Origin: a virus
Taxonomy: Duplodnaviria; Caudoviricetes
DNA: 35,112 bases
IMG/VR virus record: IMGVR_UViG_3300049913_000038
Span: 1 to 35,112 of that record
Strand: one strand, 5' to 3'
The notes beneath the pieces are model-generated. The model did not search any database. It was given only the letters and a program-made list of their open reading frames with translations, and was not told where the DNA came from. This document shows positions 26,801-35,111 of this stretch, piece by piece. How positions within the stretch are numbered: position 1 is the first letter of the stretch; the number at the start of each line of letters is the position of its first letter. A program made the translations under genes and the position numbers.

Positions 26801-29357
26801 AGAAAACAAAGATTCGCTCGTAACTCTCCTTCGGTCTAAAGACATGATTCTGATAACAGCAAGGATATTGATGAGCGGAACTTCCGGTATCACTTGTTGC
26901 CCATTCTGGATATGAGAAGGTGTAGTCATAACTCAACGAGAATTCCCACAACCCAGTAGTCTCAGTTATGACCCAATTCTCGGGACTTTTCCTTATTGAA
27001 TCTGTGTCAACGATCGTATCCACTGCGACCATGTGCATCGGCGAAGTGATGGCATCAGAGAGGTAGAGCACGTCGGTTACGATGATCGCTGTCGCTTCGA
27101 CCTTGAACCATGCTCCCTTGACGTTCCAAGATCCTGCCGAGCCCTCGAGCCAAGTCACCATGACCTGACCGTACTCGTCGACGAGTGGCGCGGAGGAAGG
27201 CCTGACACCGCCCGACCCCATCGTCCACAGCGATTCGACTCCGCCCCATGTCCCTGCGGTCTTCCTCTTGTTCGCGTTGAGGTCCAAGCCATCGGACCAG
27301 ATCGCATAGAAGGCGTCGTCGACCGCTCCGTAGGTGCAGGTCGGATACTTCTCGTTCGCGGAGGCAGAGTCGACCGTCTCCTCGCTCCCCCATCCGCCTG
27401 CCGAGGTCCACTTCTTGAAACACACTTGATGATTCGTCGAGGAGTGCTTGACATAGATCACATAGACGTCGTTCGCGTGCTCGAGCGCCGCCCACGAACT
27501 AACGGTCGCTAGATCGGAGCAGATCGTCGTGTCGGTCGCCCATGCTCCCCCGGTATAACGCCTTGCCTTCAAAGTGAGGGGGGATCCTGCTACCGCCCGG
27601 ACCAACATCAAATCTACGCCACTCGAAGCGGAGGGAAGAACCAATCCTGCACCACTAGCATCGAAGGCGTTGCCGGGAGTCGAGCCGTCGTCGAGAGCAG
27701 TCCAACTTCCTGTGAATCCCCAAGCGTCTGCGACTTGAACGAGAGTGTTTGGCGTGTCGTCAGGAGTAACGAGCGCAGGAAGACCATCAGCGGTTACTCC
27801 TGAATGTCCACCGTAGTTCGCCCTCGCTGGCATACCACCCGGACTTGCCGCCCCTGCCTGAGTGAATGAGCCGTCTGTCTGAACCGCTCCAGTGTAGGCA
27901 TAGACTTGCTTCCAAGTGTTATTGTAGCAAGCCATGACGATTGCCGCGCCGGTCCCTCTCGACCCTCGACTCTCTGTTAAGAAGTAGACCATGCAAGATT
28001 TGCCGTCAAGACCGAACTGAGCAGAGTTATCTCCGAAGCCTCCTCCGTAGTCCGTCATCGCGCCCTTGTCGGTTCTCGAATAGAGGGCGACGAGGTTGTA
28101 GGCATCCATATAGATCAAGCACCAGTAGCGACCTTGAGAACGGAAGCACCTCCTCTGATAGTTCATGCCGACAGGTTCTTCGGTGTTCGCGTTCGACTTC
28201 AGAGTCACCGCGCTCGCGTCCTTGCCCATGAGCCAAGGCTGAAGGACATTGACAACATCGACGAGCCCGATCGCGTCTGTGACCGTTACCCTTGTTGGGT
28301 CCGTCTTGATGAACTCGGACAGCCCGATCCCGTCAGTCGTGATGACGTCCTTCTCCATTGGTTTGAAGTACCCAAGATATCGGAAGAACTCGTTCGCCGC
28401 ATTTGAACCATAGAGTTCAACGATTCCTCCCGTATCCGTCTCCGCCGCAGTAACGAATCCGTTCGTTGCATTGGTTTCAGATTCGTGGATATTGAGGTAG
28501 CGGTTGAGCGCGCTCCCATTCTTCCTGACACCAAAATCGTAGTTGGCGGCAGTCGCAGAGTTCGCGCAGAGGACTTCGACGACTCGTCCATCTTGATCGA
28601 GATAAGCGGTCAAGTCCCAGTCCGTCCATCCTGTCGCGGTGATCGCTCCGGTCTGGATGCCCTCGATGTAGGTCAGTTTCGTAACATCGAAGTACCCGAG
28701 GAGGAAGACATCTGAGGTCAGGTTGCTCTGATAGATTTCGATGATTCCATCAGTCGCATTGCATTTGACGCACATTGAGAAGGTCGTTCCGTCTGTCGTC
28801 TCGACAGAAGAACTTTCAGCCTCATGGACCGAGACAGACCTCGTTAGAGCGGAGCCGTTCGTCCTCACGCCCATCGTCGTTGCCGCACCGTCTTGACGGT
28901 TGTTGAGCATGATCTCGCAGACGCTTCCTAGCGGGACGCTCTGCCCCGTATTGACATTCTTATCGGTCCAGGTCGAGACGGTTCCGGGAGAGAGCGTTGC
29001 CATCAGTTCGGTGTAATTAACGCCTGTCCAGTAGCCAAGTAGATAGAAGGTTATGCCAGTTACATTGTCGGCATAAGTCTCGATGATTCCTGTCGAGGCA
29101 TCGGTCTTGACGTAGAATGTAGCGAAACACGCCCCAGTCGTAGTTCCCTCGGACTCATGTAGTTTAACAAAACGACTCAGAGCGGAGCCATCGGTCCTGA
29201 CCCCGACGGTCCTCGCGGCGGTCTGATTCACACTGCCAATGGCAATGTGTGCTATCGCTCCCTTCGGGACGGACTTGTTAGTGAACAGGTCGTAATTCTG
29301 CCATCCCGTCCCGGCAGGAGTGAAACTGCTGAAGGCCTCGGTCCAAGTCGCGACCAT
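23829..29357 (-). CDS. Giant modular virion fibre/adhesin (1842 aa) with LamG domain
   Basis: Three N-terminal repeats of about 110 aa, two beta-rich blocks, many 18-20 aa D-x-I-x-L-x-D repeats, LamG (TISMWV..WQHIAIV..FYKNG..GYIDEV). Confidence 0.8.
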   Translation of the reverse strand: MVATWTEAFSSFTPAGTGWQNYDLFTNKSVPKGAIAHIAIGSVNQTAARTVGVRTDGSALSRFVKLHESEGTTTGACFATFYVKTDASTGIIETYADNVTGITFYLLGYWTGVNYTELMATLSPGTVSTWTDKNVNTGQSVPLGSVCEIMLNNRQDGAATTMGVRTNGSALTRSVSVHEAESSSVETTDGTTFSMCVKCNATDGIIEIYQSNLTSDVFLLGYFDVTKLTYIEGIQTGAITATGWTDWDLTAYLDQDGRVVEVLCANSATAANYDFGVRKNGSALNRYLNIHESETNATNGFVTAAETDTGGIVELYGSNAANEFFRYLGYFKPMEKDVITTDGIGLSEFIKTDPTRVTVTDAIGLVDVVNVLQPWLMGKDASAVTLKSNANTEEPVGMNYQRRCFRSQGRYWCLIYMDAYNLVALYSRTDKGAMTDYGGGFGDNSAQFGLDGKSCMVYFLTESRGSRGTGAAIVMACYNNTWKQVYAYTGAVQTDGSFTQAGAASPGGMPARANYGGHSGVTADGLPALVTPDDTPNTLVQVADAWGFTGSWTALDDGSTPGNAFDASGAGLVLPSASSGVDLMLVRAVAGSPLTLKARRYTGGAWATDTTICSDLATVSSWAALEHANDVYVIYVKHSSTNHQVCFKKWTSAGGWGSEETVDSASANEKYPTCTYGAVDDAFYAIWSDGLDLNANKRKTAGTWGGVESLWTMGSGGVRPSSAPLVDEYGQVMVTWLEGSAGSWNVKGAWFKVEATAIIVTDVLYLSDAITSPMHMVAVDTIVDTDSIRKSPENWVITETTGLWEFSLSYDYTFSYPEWATSDTGSSAHQYPCCYQNHVFRPKESYERIFVFCHDGRYFKHTSSPDFYGTDTSTTYGLIDDHGVGAGDDKKDDVFWDSVNLRWRTAFLTGTTIYIRTGTPAYPGAPAIYITWSGQTSAYSNAGEVQSEVCCAYADSTFWLGFIETSGGSGDKYPKVKSSATWGSFGSNIIVDNSNGNCSAMKILNCNGSTVKAAILYVTGTTAGSYSIRMKHYSGGSLQNVGLVCSDLYGPNAWSASSDDNGNIYVVWVYGATGQGIKYVRIANGVVGTIKTVATAPDTGDGSSWSDVTVGISVDKRCDRQLAFFAYYNASSYSYSRYVGMTGEAPYISKVQFSSWASGWWAYLAAERNCGTYDVWASLAHSSYYNYAYLLNLPSVVQKFTLDSMVLTDVANLVTAVAQTVLDAIGLADSVLVGKTPTTTADAIGLVDAIFRGKEVVETDSIGVVDVVNVLKTLLIYITDAIGLSDEAPVQKFKTILDSIALLDSGTRDKALTILENLYLTDADYRGKEVVELDSIGLTDALVKLMTGLIIESITLSDVGLRDKTLIPIQDSITIDDQGLKTRYITISESIGMADGPKTDKDLTIASDSIILSDQTSRDKLLMIVMDALALADSKLVNKTAFVQDVLQTLDAILLSKGVIAQDQIGLQDLALSGKAQLIVDAMLLSDQGRLDKNLILYEGIRLSSPKDYSDPNLILATNMETLTAGGLLKDLTGLGHDGTENGGVRAGEADKAISGGATFFDAIDDYIQIDDKSDLTLADELTISMWVYPKSSDKGIIDKGWPWGSWGLKTSGSYFLVEMAGWMGWAPTTVELNQWQHIAIVFKKPDVWFYKNGIMYGPATRNISNSASGQPLLIGADWVWHDPPGWYIADQFYDGYIDEVSISKIARTASEIRAEYEESVLRNKAVVILESTGLLDEESRPFRSFPISDDLLLSAELIALTKQLLTSDSISLSEVVTRVRTGIVVLRRLRGELTAADVDGQTPPEQHIKGERRDEDLEGETEKKDAQGRETKKYWQQGLKE

Positions 29358-29389
29358 TCATGCGCCCCCTCAAAGACTGGAGGGAGCGC

Positions 29390-29986
29390 CTAAGAGAATG
29401 TGTTCTGTATCTCTAGGGTCCAGGTCTCTCCCGATGCCTTCGTTCCCTTGTTCTCGACCTTCCTCTGAAGGTTCTTTCCGGTCCCGGAGCTCGTGTTCGA
29501 GAGGGTGTATTCTTCCCATGCCCAGTTCGCGTCGCTTGAACCGTAGGTCGAACGGTGCTTCATCGTCTGGCTTGTGCGACTTGGGTAAGTGCCGTCCATC
29601 GCCTTGTAGAGCTTCGATGCTCCGATCAGGTCCGTGTCGGTCGCTTGTGCGGCGGTGGCCGAGTTGCCCACTCCGATGTAGGCGTTCGCCGCGCTCCATG
29701 CGCTCGGACTGCCGAGTGCAGCGATGAGGTCGATAAGCTCCCCCAGCCCCTCATTCAGACCGAGGTTGCCGAACGCGATCTCCTCCGTTTGGAACTCCGG
29801 ACCGCTCGCGATCTCCTGACCGATGAACCTCGGACCGTCCCACATCCCCTCGTTCACATGGCGCTTGACCGCGTCCATGATCGCTCCCTTCTGCAGAGCG
29901 TCAGCGACCACACTGGTCGGGTCCTTGAACTTGTCAAAAATCCATTGCGCTTCGACTTTGATTCCCAGTTTTCTAAGGTCTACCAT
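29390..29986 (-). CDS. Fibre-anchor/tail-collar-like structural protein
   Basis: NL..NEGL..YIGVGNSATAAQATDTDL..ANWAWEE..K..GETWTL pattern typical of N-terminal fibre attachment modules. Confidence 0.6.
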   Translation of the reverse strand: MVDLRKLGIKVEAQWIFDKFKDPTSVVADALQKGAIMDAVKRHVNEGMWDGPRFIGQEIASGPEFQTEEIAFGNLGLNEGLGELIDLIAALGSPSAWSAANAYIGVGNSATAAQATDTDLIGASKLYKAMDGTYPSRTSQTMKHRSTYGSSDANWAWEEYTLSNTSSGTGKNLQRKVENKGTKASGETWTLEIQNTFS

Positions 29987-30042
29987 GGTATCCTCTCGTC
30001 GGCGCCGGCACGTCTGCTGGCGCCGTGCGTTGCGACCCTAGT

Positions 30043-30057
30043 GCTGATATTTCAATC
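30043..30057 (-). promoter_or_regulatory. Candidate late promoter motif GATTGAAATATCAGC
   Basis: Identical to 21152-21166. Confidence 0.65.
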
Positions 30058-30070
30058 AGAGACGGAGCGG

Positions 30071-31330
30071 TCACAGGCGGATATCGGGCACGCCCCCGGA
30101 GTAGATCGAGGGGATATCTCCGCGGACGAAGGACCGTTCCTCACCGTCGCCCTCGTGAGATCTGTGTCGCGTCGTGTAGATCCCGTACCGCATCGCGTCG
30201 ACGAGGTGGTTCATGAAGTCGACCGGCTCGTCGAGGACCCTCCCGTCCTTCGTCTCGCGGTAACTGTAGGCGCGGATCTCCTTGAGCAGGTTCACGCTCT
30301 CAGTCGAGATGTGCAACCGTTGGCTCTTGACGAAATCGATGCCTTCCTTCACGCTGCGCTTGTCCGCCGGCACGATGTTCCACCCCTCCCTGCAAAGCTC
30401 CTCTATCTGATCGGGGCGGGAGGAATCGGCGGGGATCGGGATTCCTTGAGCTATCTCGGCGGAGCGCATCCAGCCGATGAGGTCCTTGTTCGTCATGCCG
30501 CTGCGGTAGAGGATCTCGTGCAGGTAGTACTCGCCGTCGTGAAGCCATATCCCGACCATCCCGGTCGGGTTGTTGAATCCGAAGTCGAGGCCGATGGCGC
30601 CTGGCGGAAACTGCTTCACGATCCCGGGAAACATGTCGAATGATTCGACCGTGTAGTTCGAGTAGATGATGTGCTCGAGCATGCCCGGCTCGCCGAGGGT
30701 GTAGATGCGGTAGAAGTTGCGGTCGATGTTCTCGAGGCGGACGAGCTGATCGCAGATCTCCTGCTGCAAGAAAGGATTGTCCCGATAGGTCGAGTGGTGG
30801 ACGGCGACGTCGGGCCGACCGCCCTGTATCAGGTCGACGACCGCCCAATGGAACGCGTCGATCGGATTGAAGGTGAGGAACATCTGGTTCGGGACCGGTC
30901 CCGGACGGGCGCAGCGCATGTTGAACTGCAGGAAGTCCTCCCTCGAGAAGTCCGTCGCCTCCTCCATCCATATCAGGTTCGCCTCGAAGCTCTTGATCTT
31001 CTCCGGATCGTCGAGCGACTTGAACAGCAGCTGCGAATCGTTGTGCTCGATCGTGAGCTCGGTCTTGTTGAGCATGCTCTCGAGCGGCAGACCCCAGGCC
31101 TTCAGCATGTCCCTGATCAGCGCAAAGGCGGTGATCCTGAGCGCGGGAAGCGTCTTCCGCGTGACGAGGATGCGGAGGTCCTTGTGCGAGAGGAAGGTGC
31201 GGCAGAGGTGCTGGGCGACGGCGTGGGACTTGCCCGAGCCTCTTCCCCCGTAGACCACGAGGATCCGCTTAGGATTGTCCGTCAGGAACTTCGAGAACGT
31301 CGCTATCCTTTTGACCTTGAGCTTGTCCAT
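30071..31330 (-). CDS. terL: Terminase large subunit (PBSX-type)
   Basis: Walker A GGRGSGKS, Walker B IWMEEA, LTFNP, nuclease GLDFGF and NHLVDAMRY. Confidence 0.96.
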   Translation of the reverse strand: MDKLKVKRIATFSKFLTDNPKRILVVYGGRGSGKSHAVAQHLCRTFLSHKDLRILVTRKTLPALRITAFALIRDMLKAWGLPLESMLNKTELTIEHNDSQLLFKSLDDPEKIKSFEANLIWMEEATDFSREDFLQFNMRCARPGPVPNQMFLTFNPIDAFHWAVVDLIQGGRPDVAVHHSTYRDNPFLQQEICDQLVRLENIDRNFYRIYTLGEPGMLEHIIYSNYTVESFDMFPGIVKQFPPGAIGLDFGFNNPTGMVGIWLHDGEYYLHEILYRSGMTNKDLIGWMRSAEIAQGIPIPADSSRPDQIEELCREGWNIVPADKRSVKEGIDFVKSQRLHISTESVNLLKEIRAYSYRETKDGRVLDEPVDFMNHLVDAMRYGIYTTRHRSHEGDGEERSFVRGDIPSIYSGGVPDIRL

Positions 31331-31766
31331 CCCTACCGCCCACCTCCTCGAAGATGATTGTGAGCGTACCCGAATGTTGCAGGTCCGCCTTCAGCGCATC
31401 CTTCCTCGCCCAATTCTCGGGATCCGTCCGGGATAGGAACTCGATCGAGGCGCGCGTGTCCCTGCCGCTGTTGGCATTCTTGAGGATGATTCCTACATGA
31501 TGCACCCTCGCCTTCGCGCGCGCGCACGGAGCGGACTTGCACAACTCCGCGCAGAGCGTCCTGCTCCCTCTCTTCAGATCCTCAGCGCCCTTCTTGATCC
31601 ATCTGTAGTAAGTCGCCTCGTCTATGTCGTTCGCAAGGACCGCATCCCTGAGGTAGTTGCCCGCCTCCACGAGGAGCAGTATATCGTCCATAAGTTGCCT
31701 GTTGAGCTTGCTCGGAGGACCTCCGCCTCTCTTCTTCTTGGGCTCAGGCACGGACCGCTTCTTCAC
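31269..31766 (-). CDS. terS: Terminase small subunit
   Basis: PSKLN..AGNY..IDEATYYRWIKKG HTH; directly upstream of TerL; GTG 31766 start estimated. Confidence 0.75.
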   Translation of the reverse strand: MKKRSVPEPKKKRGGGPPSKLNRQLMDDILLLVEAGNYLRDAVLANDIDEATYYRWIKKGAEDLKRGSRTLCAELCKSAPCARAKARVHHVGIILKNANSGRDTRASIEFLSRTDPENWARKDALKADLQHSGTLTIIFEEVGGRDGQAQGQKDSDVLEVPDGQS

Positions 31767-32961
31767 TTGTGAAATTCTCCCACCTCCTGACGATGACGTC
31801 GCAGTAGATCGGGGAGATCTCCATCGCATAGCAGCGTCTGTCTAACCGCTCTGCCGCGATGATCTGCGAGCCGCTCCCCGCGAACGGCTCGTAGCAGATC
31901 TGACCTTCCTCCGTGTGCTGTTCCATCGGTATCTCGAAGATGCGCACGGGCTTCGAGGTCGGATGCTCCGTCTCCATTCCAGGCTTGATGGTCGGCAGGT
32001 CCCAGACCGTGTTCGGAAAATCGTCGCTCTTGCGCGGCGGCTTCTTGCCCTCTACCCACCCGAAGAAGCATGGCTCGTGCCTCCACATGTACCAACTATG
32101 ACTGATTATCGCACGGTCCTTCGCCCAGATGATCTGCTGATGCACTATCGCGCCGTGCTTGTTCCAGACGCTCTCTACCATCGCCTGTCGTTTGAATGCA
32201 TGCCAGCAGTACCATGCCGCATTCGGCTCGATCGCCTCTTTGATCGCGACATCGACGAACTTGTCGTACAGGTCGATGTTCCCGCCGGATTCGTCCCACG
32301 TCGCACCGTATGTCCTGGACCAATCCTTGTTATTGAGCGACTTGTCGAATGCATGAGGGTGATTGCTGCCGTCGTAATCGACGAGGTACGGCGGGTCCGT
32401 CGCGAAGACGATGGCCCTTTTGCCATTCATCAATCGGGCGACGTCCTCGCGCTTGGTCGAATCGCCGCACAGGAGCCGATGCTCGCCGAGGACGACGAGA
32501 TCGCCGGGCTTGGTGACCGCCTCGGGTACGTCCGGGATGTCGTCGGGATCCTTCTCCCTCTGCCGCAACTTGCGGAGGAGCTTGAATATCTCATCATTCG
32601 AGAAGCCGGTCAGTCTGCGCACGTCCGCATCGAGCGAGGCGATGAGATCCTGCAACATGGCTTCATCCCATGCGCCCACGATCTTGTTCAGCGCTACATT
32701 CAACGCTTTCTCCTTCGATTCGTCCAGGTCGACGACCACGACCTCGATCTCGCTCATGCCGAGGTCTTTGAGAATCTCCAACCGCTGGTTGCCCCCGATG
32801 ACATGCCTCGTGCGCTCGTTCCATACGATCGGCTCGACATAGCCGAAGGTCTCCACGCTCTTCCGCAGTCGTGCATAGAAGGCCGGATCCTCCCTGATCT
32901 TCTTCCGAGGATTACAGGGAAAAGTCACCATCTCTTGGATATTGTGCTTCTCTATCCGCAT
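31744..32961 (-). CDS. ParB-N domain fused to an N4/N6 DNA methyltransferase (beta class order)
   Basis: NPRK..FGYVEPIV..IGGNQRL; HRLLCGDST, TDPPY, HPTSKP, EPFAGSGS. Confidence 0.92.
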   Translation of the reverse strand: MRIEKHNIQEMVTFPCNPRKKIREDPAFYARLRKSVETFGYVEPIVWNERTRHVIGGNQRLEILKDLGMSEIEVVVVDLDESKEKALNVALNKIVGAWDEAMLQDLIASLDADVRRLTGFSNDEIFKLLRKLRQREKDPDDIPDVPEAVTKPGDLVVLGEHRLLCGDSTKREDVARLMNGKRAIVFATDPPYLVDYDGSNHPHAFDKSLNNKDWSRTYGATWDESGGNIDLYDKFVDVAIKEAIEPNAAWYCWHAFKRQAMVESVWNKHGAIVHQQIIWAKDRAIISHSWYMWRHEPCFFGWVEGKKPPRKSDDFPNTVWDLPTIKPGMETEHPTSKPVRIFEIPMEQHTEEGQICYEPFAGSGSQIIAAERLDRRCYAMEISPIYCDVIVRRWENFTSEEAVRA

Positions 32962-33042
32962 CGTGAAATCCTCTCATGGAAAGGAAGAGGGCGCGACCTA
33001 AGAGACATCATCCGATCGCCTTTCGACTCTCGGGGCTGATTC

Positions 33043-33342
33043 TTAGTTATTCACCCGGCCGACGCGGCGGAAGCCGACGTATTCGTACCTTGTTGCCCTT
33101 CTCTTCGTGCCGGGGACCAGGACGACATGCCATCTTGCGATCGAGAGGATCCTGATCACTTCCTTCTCGGTGAGGACCTCCCTCGCGCAGACGACGCTCC
33201 TCGGGGAAGAAGACGGACGGCTTCGTGCCATCGCCCTGAGCGCCTTCATGACGTCGCGGTACTCGTAGACCCGGAGTCGGCGGCAGGCCTTCATGACGAC
33301 GAGCTCCTTGCGCTTTCGCCGGCGGCGGGACTCGGCGATCAC
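33043..33342 (-). CDS. Basic hypothetical protein (99 aa)
   Basis: GTGA-coupled to the upstream ORF; Arg/Lys rich. Confidence 0.55.
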   Translation of the reverse strand: MIAESRRRRKRKELVVMKACRRLRVYEYRDVMKALRAMARSRPSSSPRSVVCAREVLTEKEVIRILSIARWHVVLVPGTKRRATRYEYVGFRRVGRVNN

Positions 33343-33533
33343 CGCTGCACCATCCTGAAGAAGCACTTGCCCGCCCACTTCCCTTTCGGTATGTGTCTGC
33401 AGCCCTTCGCGCGCTTGTCGAGGTCGCAGGCGAGGCCGTCCCTCGAGCAGATCCCATAGCGGCGAGGGTCGGGGATGCGCGGCGGCACGAAGACGGGGCG
33501 CTGCTTCATCTCCCGACCTGCCGGAATCATCAT
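33339..33533 (-). CDS. Small Cys-containing hypothetical protein
   Basis: ATGA overlap; AGGAG RBS; four Cys. Confidence 0.55.
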   Translation of the reverse strand: MMIPAGREMKQRPVFVPPRIPDPRRYGICSRDGLACDLDKRAKGCRHIPKGKWAGKCFFRMVQR

Positions 33534-33868
33534 GCCACTCTCCTGACAACGAAGTCGGCGTAGTTCATCGGGTCCAGGTCGAACGGGACGAAGTGACCGC
33601 CTTGAATGCCCTTCCCTACCTCATAATCTGCCGAGCATTGATGGACGAACAACCTCCCTTTCCGACCTTTCTGTTCCGAGACCTTGGCCCGAAAGGAGAC
33701 CTCGTTGCAGATGGGACAAGTGGGGCCGCCTGGGATCCCGAAGTCGCCGGGGTACTCCATCGAGAACATGCAACCACAGTCTCCCCGGCAGACGAAGACG
33801 GGCGATCTTCCCGGCTCCTTCAGGAGACCGATCCGTCCACCGCAATGAGGGCAATCAGGAGGAGCCAT
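33530..33868 (-). CDS. Double zinc-ribbon protein (112 aa)
   Basis: CPHCGG..CRGDC, CPIC..C..H; GGAGGAG RBS before ATG 33868. Confidence 0.65.
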   Translation of the reverse strand: MAPPDCPHCGGRIGLLKEPGRSPVFVCRGDCGCMFSMEYPGDFGIPGGPTCPICNEVSFRAKVSEQKGRKGRLFVHQCSADYEVGKGIQGGHFVPFDLDPMNYADFVVRRVA

Positions 33869-34097
33869 CGCGCTCCTCCTCGTCTTCCTTCCAGAAGTGC
33901 AGGACCTTCTGCCCTTTGCTCTCCTCTTCCCTGACTTCTCGAATGCGCAGCTGCGCCCGCCTGACGTTCTGCTCGTGAAGGTAGGAACACTGCGCCATCG
34001 GTCCCTCGAGCACGACGAAGTCGCGAGTGCACAGGCCGTCGGCAGTTCGGGCGGTACAAGCATATTCGTTGACGCGGGGGCACTTGACGACGGGCAT
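33855..34097 (-). CDS. Small hypothetical protein (80 aa)
   Basis: GGAGG RBS before ATG 34097; four Cys. Confidence 0.6.
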   Translation of the reverse strand: MPVVKCPRVNEYACTARTADGLCTRDFVVLEGPMAQCSYLHEQNVRRAQLRIREVREEESKGQKVLHFWKEDEEERDGSS

Positions 34098-34408
34098 CAA
34101 TTCAGCCTCCTCATCCACGAGGGCGCGGGATTGTTGATCGGGTCCTCCTCGTAGGCGTGCTCCTCGCGCTCCATTTCGAGTTCGGCCTGATCGACCTCCA
34201 TCGGGCCGCCGTTGATCACATCGAAGTCGCAGTCCCAACAGAGCCATACCTCCTCGCGGAGATGCTCTGGGATTGCACTGCCGCTGTCCTCGTAGATGTA
34301 GGTCATGCCATCGCTCGATCGGAAGTGGGCGAACCGGACGCTTGCAAAGTCGCCGCAACGCCAGCAGTAACCCGGACCGGACCCAGGTTTGTACTCTTCT
34401 GACGGCAT
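34097..34408 (-). CDS. Acidic zinc-finger protein (103 aa)
   Basis: CWRC..CWDC; GGAGGT RBS before ATG 34408. Confidence 0.6.
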   Translation of the reverse strand: MPSEEYKPGSGPGYCWRCGDFASVRFAHFRSSDGMTYIYEDSGSAIPEHLREEVWLCWDCDFDVINGGPMEVDQAELEMEREEHAYEEDPINNPAPSWMRRLN

Positions 34409-34731
34409 CAGCGAACCTCCGCCTTGATCAGTAGCAGGACCTTCTTGTGCAAGGTAACGATCTCTCGGATGAGTTCTACCGCCGCGAACTCGCCCTGACG
34501 GGTGAGTGAGTAGGCGATCAGGCATCTTCCTCTCCGCCCCTGGACCCCAGTCCTCTTTTCGCCGACGAATCCCGCCTTCATGAGCTTGCAGAGTTCGCCT
34601 CCGACGAAGTCGTCGCTGACCCCGCAGACCTTGGCGATCCCGACCCGCGTCTGCTTCTCATCGGGATTCCCTTCTCTAACATTGCAGCGGTAGAGGTGCA
34701 GGAGGATCTTCTCTTGGACGGTGAGCTTCAC
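34408..34731 (-). CDS. Winged-helix transcription regulator
   Basis: LTVQEKILLHL..TRVGIAKVCGVS..L.KAGFV..YSLTRQG; GTGA overlap with the RusA stop. Confidence 0.75.
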   Translation of the reverse strand: MKLTVQEKILLHLYRCNVREGNPDEKQTRVGIAKVCGVSDDFVGGELCKLMKAGFVGEKRTGVQGRRGRCLIAYSLTRQGEFAAVELIREIVTLHKKVLLLIKAEVR

Positions 34732-35111
34732 AGCGGCACCGTCCTGTTCCATCGCGTGACCTCGATCTTGACGCCGGGCGGGTCGTCGCCGAACCGCGTG
34801 ACATATCTCTTCGTCGCGACGATCGAGCAGACCTCCGAATCGTCCCTGATGAGGATCCCGGTGATCCCATCGAGGACAGACCTGACGAGCTTGTCGAGGT
34901 CCGGCTTCTTGGTGTGGAGCGTGACGGACTTCTTCGGCAGGGCCTTCGGTCGCGGCATGGCGAAGACCAGGTCGACCGAATAGGCGCAGCCGTCCTCGCG
35001 GTAGAAGTGCGACCGGTCTTGAGCTCGCTGCGCCTCGTTCGCGATCCGCCCGCGCCATGCCTTGAGATTCCTATTGCCGTGGGTCGTGACGACTTTGTCG
35101 ATCTTCTTGAT
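34728..35111 (-). CDS. rusA: RusA-family Holliday junction resolvase (5' truncated)
   Basis: Frame open to the window edge; KKPDLDKLVRSVLDGITG..IRDDSEV catalytic motif. Confidence 0.9.
   Translation of the reverse strand: MKKIDKVVTTHGNRNLKAWRGRIANEAQRAQDRSHFYREDGCAYSVDLVFAMPRPKALPKKSVTLHTKKPDLDKLVRSVLDGITGILIRDDSEVCSIVATKRYVTRFGDDPPGVKIEVTRWNRTVPL

Noticed and set aside
22082-33039. Long plus-strand ORFs (22082..23239, 29555..30643, 31915..33039)
   Set aside because: Antisense to portal, TerL and methyltransferase; no motifs; typical of high-GC coding DNA
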